From positions 26,428 through 90,427 of IMG/VR virus record IMGVR_UViG_3300032116_000089: 64,000 nt of DNA; one strand, 5' to 3'. Shown in pieces: positions 31,303-40,961 of this stretch (position 1 is its first letter; every line of letters starts with the position of its first letter). This stretch comes from a virus. Made by a program: the position numbers and the translations under genes. Below the pieces are notes generated by a model, which was given only the letters and a program-made list of their open reading frames with translations, made no database searches and was not told the origin of the DNA.

Positions 31303-34300
31303 TTAACCATAATTCTGAGAGAAAGAACCATACCAATAAGTTCCATCACTAATAAAACTTAATAAATCAACTTTGCTTGCTGTGCTTGTTATTGTTGGGG
31401 GTGTGCTGTCACTCCATCTGACCCCTGTGAATGTTGCTGTAAACGATCCGGCCCCAGTATTTAAAAATAATGAGAAACTCTTACCAGCAGTTGCTGTGGG
31501 CATAGTAAATGTGCAGTTACCCGTTAGTGTGCAAGTGTGTACTGTGCCACTGGCTAGACTTAAAGTTTTGCTAGTTCCACTGCTACCATTAGCTACAACA
31601 CTTTCTGTGAAACTATCAAATGTGAGATTGCCATCAATATTAACATCTCCAAGAACATCTAGTGTTGTTGATGGTGTAGATGTTCCTATGCCAATACGAC
31701 TATTACTTCTATCTGTACTAAATATAGTTCCACCACCAGCACCAATATCAGCATATAAACTTAGACCATTTGCGTTCAAATAAGCAACTGCCGAGGGGCC
31801 ATTATCAATAATCACCAAGGTGCCGTCACTATTAATATAAACGCCCTGCTCACCATTTTTAGCAGAAAAGCCTCCTCCTGCTGGAGAACAAACAAAATCT
31901 CCATAAACTTGTAATTTTGTATCCGGATCAATACCACCTATACCAACATTACCGCTGCTGGTTACTACCAAATTAGCAGCACCCGGCGAACCTCCTCCGT
32001 ATTGAAACGATCCATCAGCATATCTCAGCGCCAAGGTGTTACCATTATTATCATAAAAACCTAATTCTCCTCCAAATGTATCTTCACCAAATTCAATACG
32101 ACCCAGTAAATTAGATCCAAAAAAAGCAGTTCCATTAACGTCTAATTTAGCCGCTGGGGATGCTGTTCCTATGCCAACCCTGCCATCTGTATTTAAATAA
32201 ACCTGCGCACCATTTTGAGTTGTAAAGCATATTGGATTATAGGACGTAATAGCATCATTAAAGCCTTGAAAACAAGCAAATTCAGTATTACTACCAAAAG
32301 TTCCAGATGGATTAGTATTTGCCGCTATTCCCACAGTACCAGCACTATTACCAAACCAACTAATACTACCATAAGATTTAAATCCAAGACTTTTAAAAAC
32401 ACCATTGACATCCAATTTGGCAGCGGGCGAGTTAGTCCCTATTCCTATTCTAGCATTGGCTCTATCAGTATAAAAGAATGGAGATGCTGCCGAATCGAAC
32501 AATGTAAGTCCATTATCATCTATAGTAAGAGCGATATTTGGTCCAATATTATCATTAAATGCTAAACTTGGAACTGAAGGATCAACAAATAGTCCTGCTG
32601 CACCGGCGCTTGGATCGCCAACAACAGTGCCGCAAGAAAAAGAACCTCTTACATCTAATTTGGCAGTAGGAGCGGTGATACCAATTCCTATGTTACCAAG
32701 ATTATTTATTCTTAGTCTTTCCACCCCACTAGTACTAACGCCAAAAGTATTCGCTGCTGGACTAAACAAGCCAGTATCAGTATCATTAATAAATTCAAAA
32801 GATGGCAATGAAGCAGTGCCTGATCCTCCAATAAACGATCCTGTTGCTAACACATCTCCAGCAACATGAAGTTTAGAGGTTGGGGTTTGCGTACCAATTC
32901 CTACTCCGGTATTATTTACAACCATCCAAGAGGTATGATTACCAGTAACATCATATCCCAAAGAGTGTTTATATCCAGAACTACTAACACTATAGTTTAA
33001 TGTAGAACCATCTGCTTTATATATTCTAGTATTATTATCACCATATATACTAAAAGTACCACCTCTTATAATATTATTTTGTGTAATAATATTTCCATTA
33101 ACGGTAAGTGCTGCACTACCGGCGATAGCAGAATTGTTAATGTCAATGCTAGTAAATAAACCAGTTCCAACAACGTGAAGTGTGGCTGTTGGACTTGCAG
33201 TTCCTATACCAACATTTCCACCCATAAAAACCGCAGCATAGTTTCCTAAGATTGTTCCAGTAACTAATGTGCTTGCATTAACATAAAGACCATAGCTATT
33301 AGTAGTAGTATATTGACCACTACTAGATGGAGATATTAACAAACCGTATGTACTATTAAGATTACTACTACTAGTAAGAAAAGTTGGATTCACATATAAT
33401 GATGTGTGATTTTGACCATTTGCGCTTTGAGAAGCATGAGAATTTGATACTATTATTCCGGTAGTACCAACGCTGTTTCCTTGTAAAAGGCCAGCAACTT
33501 GGAGTGGGGCGGTTGGAGAAGTGGTTCCAATACCAACATATCCACTATTAGTAATCCTCATTCTTTCAGTACCATAGTCGGTATCAGAAGAACCAGCACC
33601 TATTCTGGTGCTAAAAGCGATATGTCCATTGCTATCGTTAGAAGTAGAAAATATTTGCATTATTCGTGAAGAGGCATTGTAGTTGATACCCATTCTATAA
33701 TTATTGTCAAAAAACATACCAAGCCTAGAGCTACTCCATGTTTGCTGTATAGCCCCATTTACTTCAAGTCTAGCTGAAGAACTAGGAGTATTTGTATTTA
33801 TTCCAACGCTAGTTCCATTATCAAAAACTAAACTATTACTTAACCCACTACCGCCAGTTCCAAACTTGCTTAAGTAATTAGATGTCCCTACCGGTAACAG
33901 TCCACTTACACTACTATTAAAATTAGTTATATCAGATGACGAATGGGTGTGTCCATTCAAACTAACAATCGTATCATTAACACTTAGGGTTGAGAAATTT
34001 CCAGATCCATTTTGATCTATGGTCCAATAAGGATGGTTAAGAGATGTAAGTTCTCCTATATATATTGTTCCCGGTGATCCTCCATCAAAATCATTTACAG
34101 ATAAGAGGGCATTAGAAATCAGATATCCGGTTGACAATATATTATTACCATATATATCTCCAATAACTTCTAGCTGAACAGTGGGAGTGGATGTTCCTAT
34201 CCCAACGTTACCACTAGATAACAATCCGTTTGTAAAAGTATGAATTGCATCTATAGTTCTAGCATTATTTATATGCACATACTGAGAATGATCATCATCA

Positions 34301-35574
34301 GCCAAGCCAAATAAAATCCCGTGATCATTTTGAACAACGCCGATAGATGTTGATTGTATAGCTACTCTAATATCTAATATACTTTGTAAGCTACTTTTAG
34401 GAGTATTGGTAAAAGTATTGTCGGTTATAAAAATTAAACGATATAGTGGTCTTATTTCTGATGTTGGTATATTAGTTAAATCAATATCGCTCCAATTATT
34501 ATTGCTTGTGGCACTATTTAAATTATCATCTTCTCTTTGACCAAGTATAGCAAGAATCGGCTCATTAATATCGTTTGTTGCCACAATCCACATAGCAAAA
34601 TATTTTTTATCACCAACATTAGGAGTTGTCCATGTTCCACCAGAGTATAAATTATATTGCGCTCTAGTAGCATTGTATTTTAGTGGAAAACTTGTGGCAG
34701 TATCTCGTACCCACTGTCCCGTAGTTCCGCTGTGATAGTAAACAGGAATATATGCAATGGGACTTAATTGTTGAATGAAACTTCCAGCGCCAACTCCATT
34801 TGTTATATTTATTATAATATCTTCTTGATATAAAGTACCATCAGATATATCAAATTGAGCATGACTATTGGACGATCCATTTCCTAGAAGCGTATATCCT
34901 CCGATACTCAAGCCATTAATATACTGCATACCAAAAGTATTATGAATCCACTTGTGGGTCATGCTATCCATTTTGATTCCATGACGCTCTTCACCAAAAA
35001 ATGTGCTTTGATTAATACCACCATTCCAATGGATAAATGCTACTGGCACATCAGTATCAAAATCAAATGCAGAAGTTTTAGTTTGTAAAATATAAGGAGG
35101 CGTGGTATCAAAATGAATATAATTCAATGCTGTTCCTGAGCCAAGAACAACAGTCTCAACCGTGTTCTTAACAACTTTAATTCCTTCAATATATAAAGTA
35201 TAAGAACTTCCAGAAGTGGCTGGTTGTATTGTGAATGTGCGAGTACTATCATTGAAACTAATAGTGCTATCATCTCTGTTCACAAAACCTTGAGGTTCTT
35301 GACTTAATGTATTGACCTCTATCGAAGAATGGTTATGCCCACTAACACTAACAGGAACACCACTAACAGCAAGATAATTAAAGTTACCACTTGCTGGAGT
35401 TATGTAGGTTCCACTTATACTAGTAACACCAAGATTAATTACAGAGTTGGCATTATTCTTAGTATAGAATTTACCATCAGCAATATTTATAGCAAGTTCG
35501 CCCTGAGATAAACCGCTAGCAGCGGGAGCAGCGCCGGATGTGCTACTCCTTTTGTGTTGTATAGTATTAGCCAT
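31303..35574 (-). CDS. Long fibre protein (1423 aa) with G(N/R)VGIGTxxP repeats
   Basis: About 10 VGIGT-type repeats; N-terminal IQHKRS...GELAIN docking domain. Confidence 0.8.
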   Translation of the reverse strand: MANTIQHKRSSTSGAAPAASGLSQGELAINIADGKFYTKNNANSVINLGVTSISGTYITPASGNFNYLAVSGVPVSVSGHNHSSIEVNTLSQEPQGFVNRDDSTISFNDSTRTFTIQPATSGSSYTLYIEGIKVVKNTVETVVLGSGTALNYIHFDTTPPYILQTKTSAFDFDTDVPVAFIHWNGGINQSTFFGEERHGIKMDSMTHKWIHNTFGMQYINGLSIGGYTLLGNGSSNSHAQFDISDGTLYQEDIIINITNGVGAGSFIQQLSPIAYIPVYYHSGTTGQWVRDTATSFPLKYNATRAQYNLYSGGTWTTPNVGDKKYFAMWIVATNDINEPILAILGQREDDNLNSATSNNNWSDIDLTNIPTSEIRPLYRLIFITDNTFTNTPKSSLQSILDIRVAIQSTSIGVVQNDHGILFGLADDDHSQYVHINNARTIDAIHTFTNGLLSSGNVGIGTSTPTVQLEVIGDIYGNNILSTGYLISNALLSVNDFDGGSPGTIYIGELTSLNHPYWTIDQNGSGNFSTLSVNDTIVSLNGHTHSSSDITNFNSSVSGLLPVGTSNYLSKFGTGGSGLSNSLVFDNGTSVGINTNTPSSSARLEVNGAIQQTWSSSRLGMFFDNNYRMGINYNASSRIMQIFSTSNDSNGHIAFSTRIGAGSSDTDYGTERMRITNSGYVGIGTTSPTAPLQVAGLLQGNSVGTTGIIVSNSHASQSANGQNHTSLYVNPTFLTSSSNLNSTYGLLISPSSSGQYTTTNSYGLYVNASTLVTGTILGNYAAVFMGGNVGIGTASPTATLHVVGTGLFTSIDINNSAIAGSAALTVNGNIITQNNIIRGGTFSIYGDNNTRIYKADGSTLNYSVSSSGYKHSLGYDVTGNHTSWMVVNNTGVGIGTQTPTSKLHVAGDVLATGSFIGGSGTASLPSFEFINDTDTGLFSPAANTFGVSTSGVERLRINNLGNIGIGITAPTAKLDVRGSFSCGTVVGDPSAGAAGLFVDPSVPSLAFNDNIGPNIALTIDDNGLTLFDSAASPFFYTDRANARIGIGTNSPAAKLDVNGVFKSLGFKSYGSISWFGNSAGTVGIAANTNPSGTFGSNTEFACFQGFNDAITSYNPICFTTQNGAQVYLNTDGRVGIGTASPAAKLDVNGTAFFGSNLLGRIEFGEDTFGGELGFYDNNGNTLALRYADGSFQYGGGSPGAANLVVTSSGNVGIGGIDPDTKLQVYGDFVCSPAGGGFSAKNGEQGVYINSDGTLVIIDNGPSAVAYLNANGLSLYADIGAGGGTIFSTDRSNSRIGIGTSTPSTTLDVLGDVNIDGNLTFDSFTESVVANGSSGTSKTLSLASGTVHTCTLTGNCTFTMPTATAGKSFSLFLNTGAGSFTATFTGVRWSDSTPPTITSTASKVDLLSFISDGTYWYGSFSQNYG

Positions 35575-35596
35575 TTCAGTCCTTTATAACGTTAAG

Positions 35597-37405
35597 TTAA
35601 AATGATCCACCATCAAGTGAACAATCAACAATTGCAGCACAAACGGTTCCTGCTGTCAAGTATGTTGCTGTAGTAACAGCGGTAACGTGTCCTAACCCAT
35701 CTACAGTGATGCTAGCGATACCATTACTACCCTGTGCGCCAGTTAAAGTAGATGTATCAGCATGACCTATAGTAATACTGCCGTTGCCATTAGTAATATC
35801 AACGCTTGTTCCAGCAGTCAACGTTGCTTTAGTCAATGTATTACCAGTACTATTACCAATCAATAATTGGCCATCTGTATAACTAGTTTGATTAGTTCCT
35901 CCATTAGCCACCGGTAGTGTTCCACTAACATGTGCTGTAAGACCAACTTTACCCCAAGATGGTGCAGTATTAACACCGCCAGCCAATAATACATTGCCGG
36001 TAGCCACATCAGCAAGTTTTGCTAAAGATGTTGTTGTATTAGCATAAAGCAAATCACCAATAGCATATGAGCTTTGACCAGTTCCGCCCTTATCGGCAGC
36101 AATTGTTGTAGCATTCCAAGTTCCGGATGTTACAGATCCGCCAGACATGACTCTAAAAGTGATATCATTATTGTCATCATAAATAATAAATGCTGCATCC
36201 GTAGTAGGTTGATAACCAGCATTAATTACTGCAAAAGAATTAGTGCCAGTAAATGTTTGACTTGCACTCAGTCTGGCAATATCGCTAGCTAAAAATCCAC
36301 CATCTTTAATGATTTTACCGGTAGAACCATCAAACATGGCAATATTACCACTAGTAGCACTAGTTGGACCAGTTACAAGAATACTAGCATCAGCTATATT
36401 TGTTTGTAAAATAACCCAATTGCTACCAACAACAGCATGAGTACCAGCGGATGTACCATCGGTTGTGCAAATAAGAGTATCATTTACTTCTACTGCTGGA
36501 CCAGAAGCTCCGCCAATTTTACCAGCAACGCTTACTTTATAGGTCCAACCCCTATCACCAGATGGATAATTAGGATTTGTTGAACAATCAATTGCACCTT
36601 TAAATATCATTGCATCATTAGTAGCAATACCAGAAACAATCATATTATCAACATAGGTCTTAACAGCATCTGCTCTTGGAATAAAAGTGGAACTATTATT
36701 TGTATCTAAATTTGTTGATACTTGATATCCAGTATTTAAGGTTTTACTACTATTAGCTGCCCATGTTGGGATATATCCACTAACATTTATAGATGTTGAT
36801 CTTACTACTGTACTATCAACAGCAATACTATCTGCTGATACAGAAATACCATCTCCTTGACCAATATCGAAAGTCCTATTAGCTGATAATGTACCACCAC
36901 CAACAAGACCGCTACCAGCAATAATATCCAAACCACTAGTAGCCGCACCAATATCATCAAGAATTTGATCTTTACTAACTGATTTTAGCGTTTGGGTGGA
37001 TGAATTAGGATTATTATCAAAAACTGCAAAATATCCAACACTGTTAGATGAGGTATTAATAGCTACTGCACTAATGCCACTATTAAAAGTTGTAGTATTA
37101 CCAAATGTTTTTAAACCATTGACGGTTTGATCGCCAGTTGTATAGACACCATTAGTGACAGTCTCGGCGTTACCAGTTACACTAATAGGCCAAGTGCCGC
37201 TAGCATTAGTGCCGCCGCGATGTGCAAAATATCCAGTTCCACCAATTTGTTCAATACTAGAAGCTGCGCCACCTACTCCGCTGCCATAACCATAATAAAG
37301 AATATTGTCATTCTCATTGAATGCTAATTCACCGTTAGATAGTGATGATGGTTTTCCAGCAGCACCGCTAGCTGGTCTTCTCTTGATTTTGATTGTATTA
37401 GCCAT
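35597..37405 (-). CDS. Fibre protein
   Basis: N-terminal IKIKRR...GELAFN; GGTGQSSY/GGTNQTSY repeats; ends LDGGSF. Confidence 0.75.
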   Translation of the reverse strand: MANTIKIKRRPASGAAGKPSSLSNGELAFNENDNILYYGYGSGVGGAASSIEQIGGTGYFAHRGGTNASGTWPISVTGNAETVTNGVYTTGDQTVNGLKTFGNTTTFNSGISAVAINTSSNSVGYFAVFDNNPNSSTQTLKSVSKDQILDDIGAATSGLDIIAGSGLVGGGTLSANRTFDIGQGDGISVSADSIAVDSTVVRSTSINVSGYIPTWAANSSKTLNTGYQVSTNLDTNNSSTFIPRADAVKTYVDNMIVSGIATNDAMIFKGAIDCSTNPNYPSGDRGWTYKVSVAGKIGGASGPAVEVNDTLICTTDGTSAGTHAVVGSNWVILQTNIADASILVTGPTSATSGNIAMFDGSTGKIIKDGGFLASDIARLSASQTFTGTNSFAVINAGYQPTTDAAFIIYDDNNDITFRVMSGGSVTSGTWNATTIAADKGGTGQSSYAIGDLLYANTTTSLAKLADVATGNVLLAGGVNTAPSWGKVGLTAHVSGTLPVANGGTNQTSYTDGQLLIGNSTGNTLTKATLTAGTSVDITNGNGSITIGHADTSTLTGAQGSNGIASITVDGLGHVTAVTTATYLTAGTVCAAIVDCSLDGGSF

Positions 37406-37448
37406 GATGTCCCCTTTGGTGTGTGTGAATATTCAGTATTTTATACAC

Positions 37449-38150
37449 TTATACAATTCCGCCATCTAATTCATTTTGATTGATCCAACGGGAATTGTTA
37501 GAGTCATATTTTATTAGGTCAGAATTAGAAATATCATTAAAGTATATTTCATTCAACTGGCTAAGTTTTGGATTAATAAAGGATCTTACTAAAATTGTGC
37601 CATCTGTTGCGTGAGAGTATGTTATTATACCCACTAGAATTATATTTTTAGGTGGTTTAACTTTAGTCAATTTTCCATAATCTGTAGGATTTACATATAA
37701 AATATCACCAGTAGACCAAGATTCACTACCATCAGATATATTAGAAATTGCGCCAGTTGTATTTAAATTGGAAATAGATCCAAAATTTAAAATAAATCCA
37801 TAGTCTCCATTAGAAACGTAATCAGATATCAACCCTACGAACAGTTGTTCTGATATAGTTCCATTAGCGATATATGGACTAACAGTAGGAACGCTGTAGT
37901 ATGAACTGAATCCGTTAATATAAACAGCTTGACCTTTTTGTATGGCATATCCGCTATTGTTTTGTACTCTGATTAGATTTTCTTTAGTTCCAACATAGTC
38001 TAGTTCATCCCAAGAGCTTGATCCATCTCCAAATTTTAATCTACCAGTATCAGTTTCAAGTCCAAGTTCACCGCTCTCTAAAACTGGATTGGTAGATATC
38101 CACTGAGATTTAGTTCCTCGTCTGATTTGTATTAGATTTTGGCGAGGCAT
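37449..38150 (-). CDS. Fibre protein with major-tropism-determinant N-terminal-like domain
   Basis: IQIRRGT..QW...NPVL..GELGLETDT...KFGDG motif. Confidence 0.75.
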   Translation of the reverse strand: MPRQNLIQIRRGTKSQWISTNPVLESGELGLETDTGRLKFGDGSSSWDELDYVGTKENLIRVQNNSGYAIQKGQAVYINGFSSYYSVPTVSPYIANGTISEQLFVGLISDYVSNGDYGFILNFGSISNLNTTGAISNISDGSESWSTGDILYVNPTDYGKLTKVKPPKNIILVGIITYSHATDGTILVRSFINPKLSQLNEIYFNDISNSDLIKYDSNNSRWINQNELDGGIV

Positions 38151-38434
38151 TATGGAGAACCTCCATCTATTGCTATTGCAGATTGCTGTGGAATAAATGA
38201 TTGTATATATGTAGCTAGATCACTAACCCTAGTGTATGGAAGATCTCCAGATGTAGCTTCTATTGGATAGCCACTTGGCATCTCAAAGGTGATAAATGTA
38301 TTAGATGTTGATACATCTACATTAACATCATTGTCTCTAGTAATTGTTAAGTTTACTATATCTTGTAAATTACTATTATCAACTTCAACATAGTATGGTT
38401 GATTACCACTAATCTCTATAATGTAGTCGCTCAT
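38150..38434 (-). CDS. Small structural protein ending IDGGSP
   Basis: Coupled ORF. Confidence 0.6.
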   Translation of the reverse strand: MSDYIIEISGNQPYYVEVDNSNLQDIVNLTITRDNDVNVDVSTSNTFITFEMPSGYPIEATSGDLPYTRVSDLATYIQSFIPQQSAIAIDGGSP

Positions 38435-38830
38435 TTAGCAGTCCAGTATAGTAGAATTATGACTACTGCGTTTAACTATTGTTATCACGCCATATACGAT
38501 TCTATTGGTATAATTTCCTCCACCAGAATAAAGAATATCATCTGATTCAAGCTCAAGATCATATTTAGCAGTTTTGAACGTAAAATTATTTGTTGTAATT
38601 GCAGGAAGAAGTAATGTAATTTTACCATTGGGTCCATCTAAGCTCATCTTATAATCAGAATTTGTAGTACCAGAACTGTATGTGATTGTCTGATTATCAC
38701 TTGTTGTCATTATAATTCTGGCACACCAGTTAGATATGTTTACTACGGTATTTGTACTATCTTTATAAGTAAAAGAAATAGTAAATGAAGAACCTTGTTC
38801 TATAGGAAAGTTATATTCTGCTGCGGGCAT
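38435..38830 (-). CDS. Fibre adaptor protein (BppU N-terminal-like)
   Basis: IEQGSSF...G.ITL.L....T......AKYDLEL motif. Confidence 0.6.
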   Translation of the reverse strand: MPAAEYNFPIEQGSSFTISFTYKDSTNTVVNISNWCARIIMTTSDNQTITYSSGTTNSDYKMSLDGPNGKITLLLPAITTNNFTFKTAKYDLELESDDILYSGGGNYTNRIVYGVITIVKRSSHNSTILDC

Positions 38831-38831
38831 T

Positions 38832-40922
38832 TTATTCTGCTTCCTCTAATGTGGTTTGGATATATAAACTAATTATCCTCATACGATACTTGTCTATATT
38901 CATTGATTCTGGATGGATATCATTAGATTCTAGAATCGAAGCAAAAGTTTTCGGAGTGGTCTTTTTAGAAACTAAAATATCTCTTACAGAATTTGCATTT
39001 ACATCTGACATTAACTCAACATTAGTAAGAACGTCTATCTTTAATTTTTCAAGTTCTAACACTTCTGATTTAGTTAACTGGCGTAAGTTTTTCTTAGACT
39101 TTGAATTTAAATAAGCGTCTGTTAAAACATCAGATATTTCTTTCCAAGTCGATTCGGCCCAGTATATAAATTCTGCTACTCCGGGTTTGCTTTTTGGATT
39201 TGCAATTCTTTGTTTCCTAGGTCCAGCATCTTTTGTATTTGCTGGGCGACCATTAGGATTGCTCGGTTTGGGGGCATTTGGCAGTCCAAGTCCAGTGGGT
39301 GCTTTTGGTTGAGGTAAAAGCATATCTTTTGGAACACTAGTTTTGAGACCGACATCTTGTGGCGTTACCTTGCTTCCTTGTAGAGCAATCTTTTCAAGAT
39401 CTTGCTTATGATTAGCATTATGAAATGGTCCAGCTTTATCTGGAGTATCCTCACCCTGTCTATCTTCAAACTCTCTTTGTAGTCTAATTTTTTCAATTTG
39501 TGGAATTTCTTTAAATCTTTCAAGAACAGTTTCTTGACTAATAATATCTCTATCAACAAGCTGTAAGAGAAGAGCTTTTTCTGCGGCTTCATCAGATAAA
39601 GTCATTTGATCGAATTGAATGTAAGCTTTGTATCTAAAGCCCATAGCCTGCCTAACTAATTCAATTTCTTTTTCCCAAAATCTAGTTAATTGATCTCGAC
39701 CATACTGTAGTCTTTCTACAAGAGTCTTCAATGAAATAAAGTTATTAGTAAAGCCACCACCGTTTGTAGCCATACCAGTTAACGTTGGCGGTACACCTAA
39801 TCCAGCATATATACTATTGAGTACGGCGGTATACTTTTCTGAACCTAGAAACTTGTATACCTCACTGCTTGATTCTTTGAAGCTTAGTTCTGGCCCCCAA
39901 ACTAATTCCATTGTGCCACCACCAACATTACTGGCTAGAATATCACGTAATTTATTAATAGCTGTTTTATTTGGTAAAATCTTATGTTCAAGATTTCCAA
40001 GAGTCCAAAGTCTGATGTTAGATATAGCACCGTCCAGAGCAGACATGTCTGCCAATCTCATTTTTTCTAACATAATGATATCATCAAGAATGGCATATAT
40101 CATTGGATTAGCCCACATCTGCCAATCATCTTTCTTATAATGAAATACGCATAGTCTTTCTGAGTCAAGAGGTATTCTTTTTTCTTTATTCATTAGCGCG
40201 CGTTTAATATCAACCGGAAGGCTGTCAAGAACATCATTTGGTATGGTGCCGCCAGCAAATGTATCTAAAAATGTTCCAGCACTTAAGGTATAATTTGATA
40301 TTCCCATAAAAAGTGCAAGTTTGCCCTCTTTCATCTCTACAGTTAGAGGACTAAAGAAGTTATATCTCCAAGGAATTTGATTTTGTTTTACATTAGGAAC
40401 TTCTACCTTGATATCTTTAGCTAAAGATTTCATATATTTTTCAAGTTCTGGAGTAACATTGGCAAAACTTCTGTACATAATTACATTGCCGGTCTTATAG
40501 AGATTGTTTAAAAATCTTTCAGATCTTTCTTTGCCATTTACACTCTTAAACCATTGTTGATAAAATTTTTCAACACTTTTATTGGGATGAACTATACTTA
40601 TGCCTTGACTTCCAAAGTCACCCATTAAATCAATAATATTTCTTATAATTCCAACTTTATCATAAGCATCCATGCACATCTTGATGATTCGACGTTGCTG
40701 ATTTGGAACAGATTCTGTTTGTCGGAATGCGTAATAATCTAGCTTATTAAAACCGGGCCTTACTGACCTATTTGGTTCAATGTCAATAAATGTTCTATAG
40801 GCACTACTTGCAGAAGATTTATTTAAACCAGAATATGCATCAATATTGTCAGACAATTTTTCCATAGCGTTAGATTTGCTAGAAAAGTCATCATCAGACC
40901 AAGTTATCATGTCATCGCTCAT
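38832..40922 (-). CDS. Portal protein
   Basis: 696 aa immediately downstream of TerL; GLGVPPTL motif; Pro-rich low-complexity region. Confidence 0.85.
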   Translation of the reverse strand: MSDDMITWSDDDFSSKSNAMEKLSDNIDAYSGLNKSSASSAYRTFIDIEPNRSVRPGFNKLDYYAFRQTESVPNQQRRIIKMCMDAYDKVGIIRNIIDLMGDFGSQGISIVHPNKSVEKFYQQWFKSVNGKERSERFLNNLYKTGNVIMYRSFANVTPELEKYMKSLAKDIKVEVPNVKQNQIPWRYNFFSPLTVEMKEGKLALFMGISNYTLSAGTFLDTFAGGTIPNDVLDSLPVDIKRALMNKEKRIPLDSERLCVFHYKKDDWQMWANPMIYAILDDIIMLEKMRLADMSALDGAISNIRLWTLGNLEHKILPNKTAINKLRDILASNVGGGTMELVWGPELSFKESSSEVYKFLGSEKYTAVLNSIYAGLGVPPTLTGMATNGGGFTNNFISLKTLVERLQYGRDQLTRFWEKEIELVRQAMGFRYKAYIQFDQMTLSDEAAEKALLLQLVDRDIISQETVLERFKEIPQIEKIRLQREFEDRQGEDTPDKAGPFHNANHKQDLEKIALQGSKVTPQDVGLKTSVPKDMLLPQPKAPTGLGLPNAPKPSNPNGRPANTKDAGPRKQRIANPKSKPGVAEFIYWAESTWKEISDVLTDAYLNSKSKKNLRQLTKSEVLELEKLKIDVLTNVELMSDVNANSVRDILVSKKTTPKTFASILESNDIHPESMNIDKYRMRIISLYIQTTLEEAE

Positions 40923-40961
40923 GGTTTTCCCTTAATTGGAATGTAATTGGAATGCTACTTT

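Noticed and set aside
37449-38150. Diversity-generating retroelement suggested by the Mtd N-terminal-like domain
   Set aside because: No reverse transcriptase or template/variable repeat pair visible; the N-domain is only an anchor
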